A stretch of DNA of 18,399 bases, from NCBI GenBank assembly GCA_041736305.1, contig JBGSTX010000022.1, positions 1 to 18,399 on the forward strand, written 5' to 3'. Below, in pieces: positions 9,388 to 16,652 of the stretch. The notes under the pieces are model-generated. The model was not told the origin of the DNA and ran no database searches. It saw only the letters and a list, made by a program, of their open reading frames with translations. Position numbers and translations under genes: made by a program. The stretch's first letter is position 1. Each line of letters begins with the position of its first letter. Source of the DNA: Oligoflexus sp. (GTDB lineage Bacteria; Bdellovibrionota_B; Oligoflexia; Oligoflexales; Oligoflexaceae).

Positions 9388-9657
9388 ATGGGACCGCAAG
9401 TCGGTAAAGCGGATTTCAAAAAAGCTTTGAGTGAACTCGGTCACGATCCTCAACGATTTGAGGGCAAGCGTCTATCGCTCAGCGGTATGTGCGAACTCTA
9501 TGGTCTTGATCAAGACTTTGTGCTCGAAGCTATCGACAAGAAGGAAGTTGCGGCCCACTACGATTACTTTCTCGATACGATCTGGGTCGATGCCCTCGAT
9601 GCGGCTCATTTCTACTACTGTCTTCTGAGCCGGGAGCAGCTCTTCGGCCGCGCATAA
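9388..9657 (+). CDS. Small (89 aa) hypothetical protein with an excisionase/MerR-like HTH pattern
   Basis: SD-like AAAGGGAG upstream. LSLSGMCELYGLDQDFVLEAIDKKEVAAHY...IWVDALD follows the HTH_17/CbpM-like spacing (helix-G-helix, beta-hairpin, final helix). Confidence 0.7.
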   Translation: MGPQVGKADFKKALSELGHDPQRFEGKRLSLSGMCELYGLDQDFVLEAIDKKEVAAHYDYFLDTIWVDALDAAHFYYCLLSREQLFGRA

Positions 9658-9667
9658 TTTGCAAGAA

Positions 9668-9706
9668 AGCCTGAGGTCGCGAGAGGCATTCGCTGACAAT
9701 CAGGCT
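9668..9706 (+). terminator. Imperfect stem-loop after the 89 aa gene
   Basis: AGCCTGA/TCAGGCT outer stem with inner GTC/GAC and GCGA/TCGC stems. No U-tract. Confidence 0.35.
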
Positions 9707-9827
9707 CCTGGCTCAAAAAGGCGCTCTGTGACTTGTTCTTCGAAATATCCTCTTTTTGTGGCACCTTCTAGCTTTAGCTGAGCTGCATTTTGTTCGTGTG
9801 GCGTCTTCTTGGAGCTGAAGGTCTAAA

Positions 9828-10733
9828 ATGTCATTGATTGCGCGCCTTAATTTGAACTACCTGCGTATATTCCTTGTGGTCTATCGGACGCGCAGTATGA
9901 CTTTGGCTGCCAAACAGCTGCATCTGACGCAGTCGGGTGTAAGTCAACAGATCAAGTCTCTCGAAGATACCCTCGGCATTACCCTCTTTGATCGCATCAA
10001 TCGCAAAATTATTCCGACCGATGAAGCAGAGCTCCTTTACCAGGAGTGTTCACGCCGTCTCGATGACCTGGAAAGCACGCTCAGCCAGATCTCCAAACAG
10101 GACGACGAGCTTTTAGGCCGAGTAAAAATCGCGTATTCACCATCGCTTCCTGTTTATCGATGGACCCGCTTGCTCGCTCAGTTTGCGCTGCAGCACCCCA
10201 AGCTCAAGCTCGAAATCCGGGCGGGCTTTGCCCACGAGATAGAAGCCTGGTTTGAGCTGGGTCAGATTGATTTCGCACTGGCCGACGCTTTCGTCAACGA
10301 AGCCAACTGCGATTACGATGAAATCGCCACCGAGCCCTACGATCTTCTCGTCCATAGTTCGCTCCTCGAAGGACTGGATTTTGAGAACGAAGGTTTCGAA
10401 GCCTGCTGTCAACTTCCCTATGTCAATTACACCGAGGCTCCTGAACTTTTAAATGCCTGGTTCAAGAAGAACTGGGCTCGTCTCCCTCGTGAGCTTCTGA
10501 CGCGCGTGAAGGTTATGGGCACTCTGCATATGGCCAGCTTCATCGATGAAGGCATGGGTGCCGGCCTGCTGCCGGAAGCCATGATAGAAGAGTGTCTGAA
10601 GAAGAATCCCGCGCTTCGCCGCCTTCATTTCAAGGCCACCGTGTCCAACCGCATCCGAGTAGCGACCCTGCACAAGCGCACGATGGGTCTGTCGTCCAAA
10701 CTCTGCTTGCAATGGCTCAAAGAACACCTGTAA
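9828..10733 (+). CDS. LysR family transcriptional regulator
   Basis: N-terminal HTH LNYLRIFLVVYRTRSMTLAAKQLHLTQSGVSQQIKSLEDTLGITLFDR, typical 301 aa length, and substrate-binding domain motifs (FALQHPKLKLEI, GQIDFAL, GMGAGLLP). Confidence 0.96.
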   Translation: MSLIARLNLNYLRIFLVVYRTRSMTLAAKQLHLTQSGVSQQIKSLEDTLGITLFDRINRKIIPTDEAELLYQECSRRLDDLESTLSQISKQDDELLGRVKIAYSPSLPVYRWTRLLAQFALQHPKLKLEIRAGFAHEIEAWFELGQIDFALADAFVNEANCDYDEIATEPYDLLVHSSLLEGLDFENEGFEACCQLPYVNYTEAPELLNAWFKKNWARLPRELLTRVKVMGTLHMASFIDEGMGAGLLPEAMIEECLKKNPALRRLHFKATVSNRIRVATLHKRTMGLSSKLCLQWLKEHL

Positions 10734-10899
10734 CGCTGCTTCAGTCCTCCCCTTTCGCTCACTGAGCTTAGCTGCTGAGGAGGGGAAATTTTGCGACGGG
10801 ACTTGTTAAATGTGCTGGGCCGATCAAATGATTGCCGATCAGAGAAGCTCGGGCTAAGTTCTTGCGAGTCAGTGAGTCTGCTCACGCAAAGGGAATTCT

Positions 10900-11715
10900 A
10901 TGCCTCGCTATAAGCTGCTCGTCGCTAGTCATCATGCCTCAGTCTTCGGGGATCTCAAACCTGCCGCTAGTCCCAGCGACTTCGGTCTCCAGGCTTTCAC
11001 CTTTGAAGCGGAGGCTCCGACGAGCGTTCGACAGCGGGTTCTGGATCTCAACCGCGCCGGAGTCACCTGTTTCTGTCTCCCCCAGATCCGCTGGAAAGCG
11101 GCCTTTTTTGATATGGATTCGACAGCCATTGCCGAGGAATCGATAGTCGAACTTGCGCGGGCTGCCGGCAAGGTGAACGAGGTGGCTGAGATTACCGAAA
11201 GGGCGATGGCCGGCGAACTCGACTTCAAGGCTGCTTTGCTAGCGCGCGTAGCGATGCTAGAAGGCCAGGCTGAAGGTATCGTGGCCGAAGTCGGTGCACG
11301 TCTCACGATCAATCCTGGCCTCGAAGACTTCGCGCGCGTGGCGCGAGCCGAGGGAGTAAAGCTCTATTTGGTCTCAGGAGGCTTCCGCCCGCTCGCAAGC
11401 ATTATCGTTTCTCAGCTGAAATTTGACGGATTTGCAGCCAACGAACTAGCGAGCGCGAAGGGTCGGCTGAGCGGTGGCCTCGTCGGTCCTATCATCGATG
11501 CCCAGGCCAAGGCGGATTTTATGCGTGCGACCTGTCAAGCAGAGGGCATCGACCTCAGCGTAGCCTTAGCCGTCGGCGACGGCGCGAACGATCTGCCGAT
11601 GCTGCGGCTTGCAGGTAGTGCGTTAGGATACTGTCCCAAGCAGGTTTTGCTTCCCGAGATCGATGGGGCTATCTATGATCATTACAGGGCCCTCATTCCC
11701 GCCTGCTTCGGATAG
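10900..11715 (+). CDS. serB: Phosphoserine phosphatase (HAD superfamily)
   Basis: HAD motif I FDMDSTAI, SerB-specific ITERAMAGELDF...RVAML, motif II VSGGF, motif III K (QAKADF) and motif IV GDGANDLPM. Confidence 0.93.
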   Translation: MPRYKLLVASHHASVFGDLKPAASPSDFGLQAFTFEAEAPTSVRQRVLDLNRAGVTCFCLPQIRWKAAFFDMDSTAIAEESIVELARAAGKVNEVAEITERAMAGELDFKAALLARVAMLEGQAEGIVAEVGARLTINPGLEDFARVARAEGVKLYLVSGGFRPLASIIVSQLKFDGFAANELASAKGRLSGGLVGPIIDAQAKADFMRATCQAEGIDLSVALAVGDGANDLPMLRLAGSALGYCPKQVLLPEIDGAIYDHYRALIPACFG

Positions 11716-11752
11716 AGCCCTCTTTCCTTTTTTTCCCTTGAGGATTTTCCTA

Positions 11753-13216
11753 ATGAACGTAAAGTTTCTGAACAATCCGGCACAAATTCTGCCAAAAAAA
11801 GGCGCGATGATAATCATCGGATCCGCAAAATCCGTGCAGGGCGGCTTTCTTGAAAAAGTGCTACCAGCTACGATCGGGGATCTGTTCAAAGAATCGCTGA
11901 AGAATCTAAAGGCGCCGAGCTCACCGACTAGCTTCAGCACCCTCACAGGCCAAGCGGCGCCGCATAAAGTAGTCTTGAGTTTGCTCCCTGAAAAAGTCGG
12001 CAAAGATAATAGTCCCACGCGCCGGGAGTGGGTCTATCAGCAGCTTGAGCCCATCGACTCCGAAGAGCATACGACTATCGTCTTCTGTCTGGAAAATCCT
12101 GAGCATTACACGGCTGTCCTGACCGCTGTCGGCCGTCGGGTTCGTCTCGTCAACTATCGAAAAAACGCCAAGCCGCGGCATATCCAAGTCATCGCCCTCT
12201 CGCCGAGCGGCGAACTCATTCCTGCCGAAGACCGGCACAAGTCTCTGACCGAACTGGTCGCCTGGTCCTGCTCGCTCGCCGACACTTCGCCCCAGAATCT
12301 TTCACCTAAAATCTTCTCGAAAGAGATCCTGTCTCGATTCAAAGGCAAAGAAAACATCACGGTCAAAGAAATCGTCGGTGAAAAGCTGGTGAGCGAAGGC
12401 CTCAATGCTATTTACAACGTCGGTAAAGCAGCTAACGATGAGCCTCGCATGCTTATCCTCGAATATAAGCCCAAAGGCAGCCAGAAGCAGACGAAGAAGA
12501 CCGCACTCCTCGTCGGTAAAGGCGTTTGCTACGATACCGGCGGGCTCAGTCTAAAAGCTGGCGCCAACATGGTGGGTATGAAAGGTGATATGGGAGGAGC
12601 CGCTGCGGTTCTCAGCGCCTTTGCCTACCTCGTCGACAATGGGTATCCCCACAAACTCATCGCTTGCGTGGGGCTCGTTGAAAATGCTATCGGGCCTCTC
12701 GCTTATCGCAACGACGACGTGATTATCATGCATTCAGGGAAAAGCGTCGAGATTAACAACACCGATGCCGAAGGTCGCCTGGTACTGGCCGACTGCCTCT
12801 CTTACTGCGCGCGCAAGTATGCTCCCCAGCTCATGATCGATGCGGCGACGCTGACCGGCGCTCAGATGGTGGCGACGGGACTGCTTCATGCGGCTGTGAT
12901 TTCGAATCGGGAAGATCTTGAGACCTTGGCCAAGAAAATCGGCCGCGAAACCGGCGATCTGGTGGTACCTCTGCCCTTCGCTCCCGAACTCTATCAGTCG
13001 GAATTCAAAAGTCAGGTCGCTGATATGGTGAACTCGGTGAAAAACCGCTCCAACGCCCAGACCAGCTGTGCGGCACAGTTTATCTACAGTCACATCGATG
13101 ATCTCGATATTCCCTGGTTACACATCGACTTGGCAGGACCTGCCAACACCGCAAGCGGACTTGGAACAGGCTTTGGTATCCAGCTTATGGCTCGTTTAGC
13201 GCGCGAATACATTTAA
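11753..13216 (+). CDS. M17 family leucyl aminopeptidase, NPEPL1-like subfamily (487 aa)
   Basis: VGKGVCYDTGGLSLK, MKGDMGG, NTDAEGRLVLAD, ATLTGA and WLHIDLAG motifs. Start moved to ATG 11753 because GAGGA lies at 11740-11744 and this avoids overlap with serB. Confidence 0.95.
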   Translation: MNVKFLNNPAQILPKKGAMIIIGSAKSVQGGFLEKVLPATIGDLFKESLKNLKAPSSPTSFSTLTGQAAPHKVVLSLLPEKVGKDNSPTRREWVYQQLEPIDSEEHTTIVFCLENPEHYTAVLTAVGRRVRLVNYRKNAKPRHIQVIALSPSGELIPAEDRHKSLTELVAWSCSLADTSPQNLSPKIFSKEILSRFKGKENITVKEIVGEKLVSEGLNAIYNVGKAANDEPRMLILEYKPKGSQKQTKKTALLVGKGVCYDTGGLSLKAGANMVGMKGDMGGAAAVLSAFAYLVDNGYPHKLIACVGLVENAIGPLAYRNDDVIIMHSGKSVEINNTDAEGRLVLADCLSYCARKYAPQLMIDAATLTGAQMVATGLLHAAVISNREDLETLAKKIGRETGDLVVPLPFAPELYQSEFKSQVADMVNSVKNRSNAQTSCAAQFIYSHIDDLDIPWLHIDLAGPANTASGLGTGFGIQLMARLAREYI

Positions 13217-13217
13217 T

Positions 13218-13802
13218 TCACAGGGCGCGATAGAGTCGAACGACCGATTCAGGCAGCTCCGAAAGGAGCTGAGCTTTGGTGTCTTCGTCCCAGTTGCTCC
13301 GCTGCGCGTATTTTTCCAGACACTGAGCGCGGATGACCGTAAGAGCCTCATCATCGCGCGCGCACTGCAGATAGAAATCGCGGTAAGACTGGGCATATTG
13401 GGGATTCTGCGCTTCGGTTTCAGCTATTTTTGCCAGCGCCTCGGCAGCATCGCGAATAACCTTAGGGGTATGGTGCAGCTCCTCGGAGCTTGAATTGCGG
13501 ATTGCCGCCTTCTGATGGAAACTTTCTAAAGCAGTTCGCAGCTGATTATTCAAGGCTTCGGGTAAAGGCTGCGCTTCACTGCTGCTTTCGACAGGAGCTT
13601 CTTCGGTAATCGTCTCGCTCGGTAGCTCATCGATCGAACTATCAGGCTGGCCTGCCTGCTCATCAGGCAGGGTTTCTTCCCCGAAAGGGAGTTCGGCCAT
13701 GGCATCCGGATTTTTTATGCTTTCTTTCAGTTCCCTCTGAGCAAAGAGGACAGCTACGAGGATAAAGGCCAGCAAAAGAGCCCAGAGTACTTCTTTGCGC
13801 AT
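13218..13802 (-). CDS. Hypothetical protein with an N-terminal membrane anchor/signal, an acidic linker and a helical C-terminal domain
   Basis: MRK followed by hydrophobic VLWALLLAFILVAVLFA, then an E/S/P-rich linker and a helical domain with two Cys. SD-like GGAGCAGGAA. It starts 15 bp after the stop of the upstream lipoprotein gene. Confidence 0.8.
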   Translation of the reverse strand: MRKEVLWALLLAFILVAVLFAQRELKESIKNPDAMAELPFGEETLPDEQAGQPDSSIDELPSETITEEAPVESSSEAQPLPEALNNQLRTALESFHQKAAIRNSSSEELHHTPKVIRDAAEALAKIAETEAQNPQYAQSYRDFYLQCARDDEALTVIRAQCLEKYAQRSNWDEDTKAQLLSELPESVVRLYRAL

Positions 13803-13817
13803 GATCTATTCCTGCTC

Positions 13818-14861
13818 CTACTGGATATTAGTCAGCTTGAACTTCGAAATATCGGTCGCTTTGATGCCAGGTTCCGGCATGGGATCCAAGAAAGAAGGGC
13901 CGTTCGACGCGGGAGCAATCACGCGCGAAACGTTGTCGAGATAATAAGCTTTCAATATCTCCACTTCCCGATCGGTGCAGCGATTACCGCAGTTGCGATA
14001 GAGTGAGCGCAGTATCATGGCTCCGACCGTATAAGCACCGTTGCTGCTGCTATCACAGGCGGCCTTGCCGACCAGCTCAGCGGCGACGCCGCGATCACTA
14101 GGGCAATCGATATGAGTAAAACCTAAGCTGCTGCTTATACGGTTTCCATCGCTGTGCCTAGCTTCATGGAAAAGAGTTTCGATGCGCAAAGCCGAGTTCG
14201 CGAATGCGCCAGGCTTCTGAGGATTGACCTGGACACCGAAAAGAGCAGGACCGATCTGCATAATACCAACGCGTGGGGTGGTGACATCGACCCACTTCCC
14301 ACCGATTTCGATGCGCATGTACTGATCGCGTTTCTCGAAGTTGATCAATTCCCGTGCATAGCTGAACAGACCCGCGCCGACATTGACCGCGCCGGTCAAG
14401 CTCTCGCCTATCGTGTCATCTGTGTTACCGATTTTGAAGTAGCCGTAGCTTTGCTCGGAGGGATAAACCAGGGCAAATTTGTAGTTACCGAGCTTACGCC
14501 CGATGAGATAACTGAGACGCTCACGCAACCAACTATAGAGACTTGCTCCGTCCAGACCCGTGATACCGAGCTTCTTCCGAAACTCGTCGTTTTCTTGGGT
14601 GCTGAGCGATGCGTTGAAACTTTTAATGAGATTGAGATCTTGGGCGAGAGCATTTTGCTCCAAAGCAGGAATTTCCGGAGCGAGTATAAAGTGGCCATCG
14701 ACGATTCGAGGACTTCCCTTACTACCGCCGCTGGGTTCGACTAAGCGAGCTGCCGGCGCTGGATTGGGGGCTTCGTCACTACCTCCGCCGGAAGAACCGC
14801 AAGCAGCCAGCCAAGAAAAGCAGAGGACCGAGGTAATTTTGGATATCAAGGGCCGCATCAT
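13818..14861 (-). CDS. Lipoprotein with an HEXXH zinc-metallopeptidase (zincin-like) motif, 347 aa
   Basis: SD GGAGGAG before ATG 14861. Signal peptide ending in lipobox LAA-C, followed by a GSSGGGS tether. IETLFHEARHSDG with HEARH at 14154-14168, then a downstream His (FTHIDC) and four Cys. Confidence 0.8.
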   Translation of the reverse strand: MMRPLISKITSVLCFSWLAACGSSGGGSDEAPNPAPAARLVEPSGGSKGSPRIVDGHFILAPEIPALEQNALAQDLNLIKSFNASLSTQENDEFRKKLGITGLDGASLYSWLRERLSYLIGRKLGNYKFALVYPSEQSYGYFKIGNTDDTIGESLTGAVNVGAGLFSYARELINFEKRDQYMRIEIGGKWVDVTTPRVGIMQIGPALFGVQVNPQKPGAFANSALRIETLFHEARHSDGNRISSSLGFTHIDCPSDRGVAAELVGKAACDSSSNGAYTVGAMILRSLYRNCGNRCTDREVEILKAYYLDNVSRVIAPASNGPSFLDPMPEPGIKATDISKFKLTNIQ

Positions 14862-14904
14862 GAAACTCTCCTCCACACCTTTACCCCCACGAAATCCTAG
14901 TCAG

Positions 14905-14932
14905 ATCCTAGCAGCTTTTGGTTCAATGTCAA
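14905..14932 (-). promoter_or_regulatory. Sigma70-type promoter for the lipoprotein operon
   Basis: Minus strand reads TTGACA (perfect -35), 16 nt, TAGGAT, with an extended -10 TG (TGcTAGGAT), ~44 nt upstream of ATG 14861. Confidence 0.6.
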
Positions 14933-15018
14933 TCTGACGATGTGGCTCTGCTGAAAATGTCGAACAAGCCGCAACTGTGATCAACTCGATCCCTAAGCCC
15001 TCAAGCTAAAAGACCTTT

Positions 15019-15768
15019 TTAGGCGCGCATCGCGTAGATGAAGAATTCTTGGTTACCTTCGCGACCGAGTACGCGGCTAGGGACCGAAGCCCTCAACTGC
15101 AAACCTTCGCGTTCGACAGCTCGATTGGCTCTTTCGAGAGCTTCTTGCTGACTTTCCGGGCTGGCAACGACGCCACCGCTCGGAACCTCTTCTTTATCTA
15201 ACTCAAATTGCGGTTTGACGAGCATTAAAAAATGCGCGGGAGCTTGGGGAACAGCCCGACAGATGGCGGGGAGAAGGCGGTCCAGGGAATTAAAGCTGAG
15301 GTCCACCAAGACTATGGAGATGACTGGATCGAGGGCGGAGGCGAGGTCCCGAATGTCGGTTTGTTCCATGATTACGATCCGTTGATCGGTGCGAAGCTTC
15401 CAGGCTAGCTGGTTGAAACCGACGTCGAGAGCGTAGACCTTTTGAGCGCCGGCCTGCAGCGAACAGTCGGTAAAACCTCCTGTTGAAGCCCCGCAGTCGA
15501 GGACGACTGCGTCTTGAAAGCAGCCAAGGAGATTAAGATCTTCGAGCGCACCCCAGAGCTTTTCCCCGCCACGACTCACGAAACGGCGATGGCCCTTAAG
15601 GCGAACCATCGCGGAGGGGCCGATGAGAGCTCCCGCTTTGTCGATGCGTTGCTCATCAACCAGCACCTGGCCGGCCATGATCAGCCCCCGGGCTTCGGCT
15701 AAATTCGCCGCCAGGCCCTCGCTAATCAGGCTCTCATCCAGCCGTTTTTTACGTTTTGCTGCTTTCAC
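15019..15768 (-). CDS. tlyA: TlyA family 16S/23S rRNA (cytidine-2'-O)-methyltransferase
   Basis: S4 domain (KRLDESL...EARGLIMAGQVLVD), FVSRGGEKL, SAM-binding LDCGASTGGFTD, VYALDVG, DLSFNSL, LVKPQFE and GREGNQEF. GTG start. Confidence 0.95.
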   Translation of the reverse strand: MKAAKRKKRLDESLISEGLAANLAEARGLIMAGQVLVDEQRIDKAGALIGPSAMVRLKGHRRFVSRGGEKLWGALEDLNLLGCFQDAVVLDCGASTGGFTDCSLQAGAQKVYALDVGFNQLAWKLRTDQRIVIMEQTDIRDLASALDPVISIVLVDLSFNSLDRLLPAICRAVPQAPAHFLMLVKPQFELDKEEVPSGGVVASPESQQEALERANRAVEREGLQLRASVPSRVLGREGNQEFFIYAMRA

Positions 15769-15846
15769 TCGCTCAGTCTCCAGGGGCCGCTTCTAAGATA
15801 AAGTCCAATATTTTTCAAGCCTTTTCCGATCAATGCACAGTTTCTC

Positions 15847-15873
15847 TTAAAGTTTTCGATGGAGCGCCGACAA
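15847..15873 (+). promoter_or_regulatory. Putative sigma28 (FliA) promoter
   Basis: TTAAAGTTTT...GCCGACAA versus consensus TAAAGTTT-N11-GCCGATAA. Spacing is TTAA-N15-GCCG, or one base short if read from TAAA. It lies ~47 nt upstream of a PilZ gene. Confidence 0.55.
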
Positions 15874-15920
15874 GTTCCCGAAGCCATTGCCGGGAAAGGC
15901 TTTCGGAGCTAAGGAGCTAG

Positions 15921-16652
15921 GTGACAATGAGTCTAGATACCCTCAAAATTCTCTTCATCGACGAGAAGCGGATCACATCCGAGCTTGAGAAAGCCGGCTA
16001 CCGAAAAATCGGGGCACAGATCTGCCAGGCCGTAAATTTTGCCCAGGCTAACGAAATCCTTTCAAAAGAGCCTATCGACGTCATCGTCATCAACTATGAT
16101 TATGCTCTTATCGATGCAGTAAGTATGTGCGAGCATTTCAAGAATCAAGCGAAGACGAAGGAAATTCCCATCGTTTTCACAAGCGTCCAAAGCATCCCTA
16201 AAAGAGTCATGCAACGCGCTCAGGGTCCGGACCTATTTATCGAAACTCCCGTGCCCCGCGAGTATTTCATCGAACGCGTCAGAGGCCTTCTTGAAGAGAA
16301 GACCCGCGAGACTTCCCGCGTTGTCCACGAAGGCGTCGTGAGCTTCGAGTACCAGAACAAAACCTATGATTGCCCTATCCAGGATATATCCAAGTCAGGT
16401 CTTCTGCTCGCTACCGATCTTTCGATCGAAGCGGGCGTCAGCCTCAGCATGACCTTCGATCTCCCAGGCTACAAAAAGCCCATAAAAGTCGAAGGTGAAG
16501 TCGTGCGCAGCATCGCCCCTGATGCGCGTCGCGGGACCATGGCTGGTATCGGCATACGATTTGGGGAATTCAACGGCGATTCGCAAAAGCGCCTCGAGAA
16601 ATACATCGCGAAAAGTCAGAACGATGATCCCAAGTTAGTTTACTATCTCTGA
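15921..16652 (+). CDS. Pseudo-receiver domain + PilZ domain protein (putative c-di-GMP receptor)
   Basis: CheY-like N-terminus (KILFIDE...PIDVIVINY...IPIVFTS...FIETP). PilZ signatures RxxxR (RETSR) and DxSxxG (DISKSG), plus GEVVR and GIGIRF. SD AAGGAG at 15911-15916; start is GTG 15921 or ATG 15927. Confidence 0.88.
   Translation: MTMSLDTLKILFIDEKRITSELEKAGYRKIGAQICQAVNFAQANEILSKEPIDVIVINYDYALIDAVSMCEHFKNQAKTKEIPIVFTSVQSIPKRVMQRAQGPDLFIETPVPREYFIERVRGLLEEKTRETSRVVHEGVVSFEYQNKTYDCPIQDISKSGLLLATDLSIEAGVSLSMTFDLPGYKKPIKVEGEVVRSIAPDARRGTMAGIGIRFGEFNGDSQKRLEKYIAKSQNDDPKLVYYL

Noticed and set aside
9758..9775. TGGCAC upstream of LysR as a sigma54 promoter
   Set aside because: Spacing is GG-N9-GC rather than the required GG-N10-GC, and there is no TTGC.
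10807..10841. TAAA plus GCCGATCA upstream of serB as a sigma28 promoter
   Set aside because: Spacers are 8 and 23 nt instead of ~15.
10734..10899. 6S RNA or a known riboswitch in the LysR-serB spacer
   Set aside because: The pairings are short and interrupted, the usual zapA/ygfA context is absent, and I recognise no conserved motif. Kept only as a low-confidence finding.
11663..11752. 30 aa N-terminal extension of the aminopeptidase
   Set aside because: It overlaps serB and translates a pyrimidine tract; an SD precedes ATG 11753.
14154..14744. 196 aa plus-strand ORF
   Set aside because: Fully antisense to the lipoprotein gene, with no SD or motif; a shadow ORF.
14976..14991. TGTGA as a CRP/FNR-type site
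   Set aside because: The second half-site TCACA is absent at N6 spacing.
15019..15768. TlyA as a haemolysin/virulence factor
   Set aside because: A legacy annotation; the sequence supports only the S4 + methyltransferase function.
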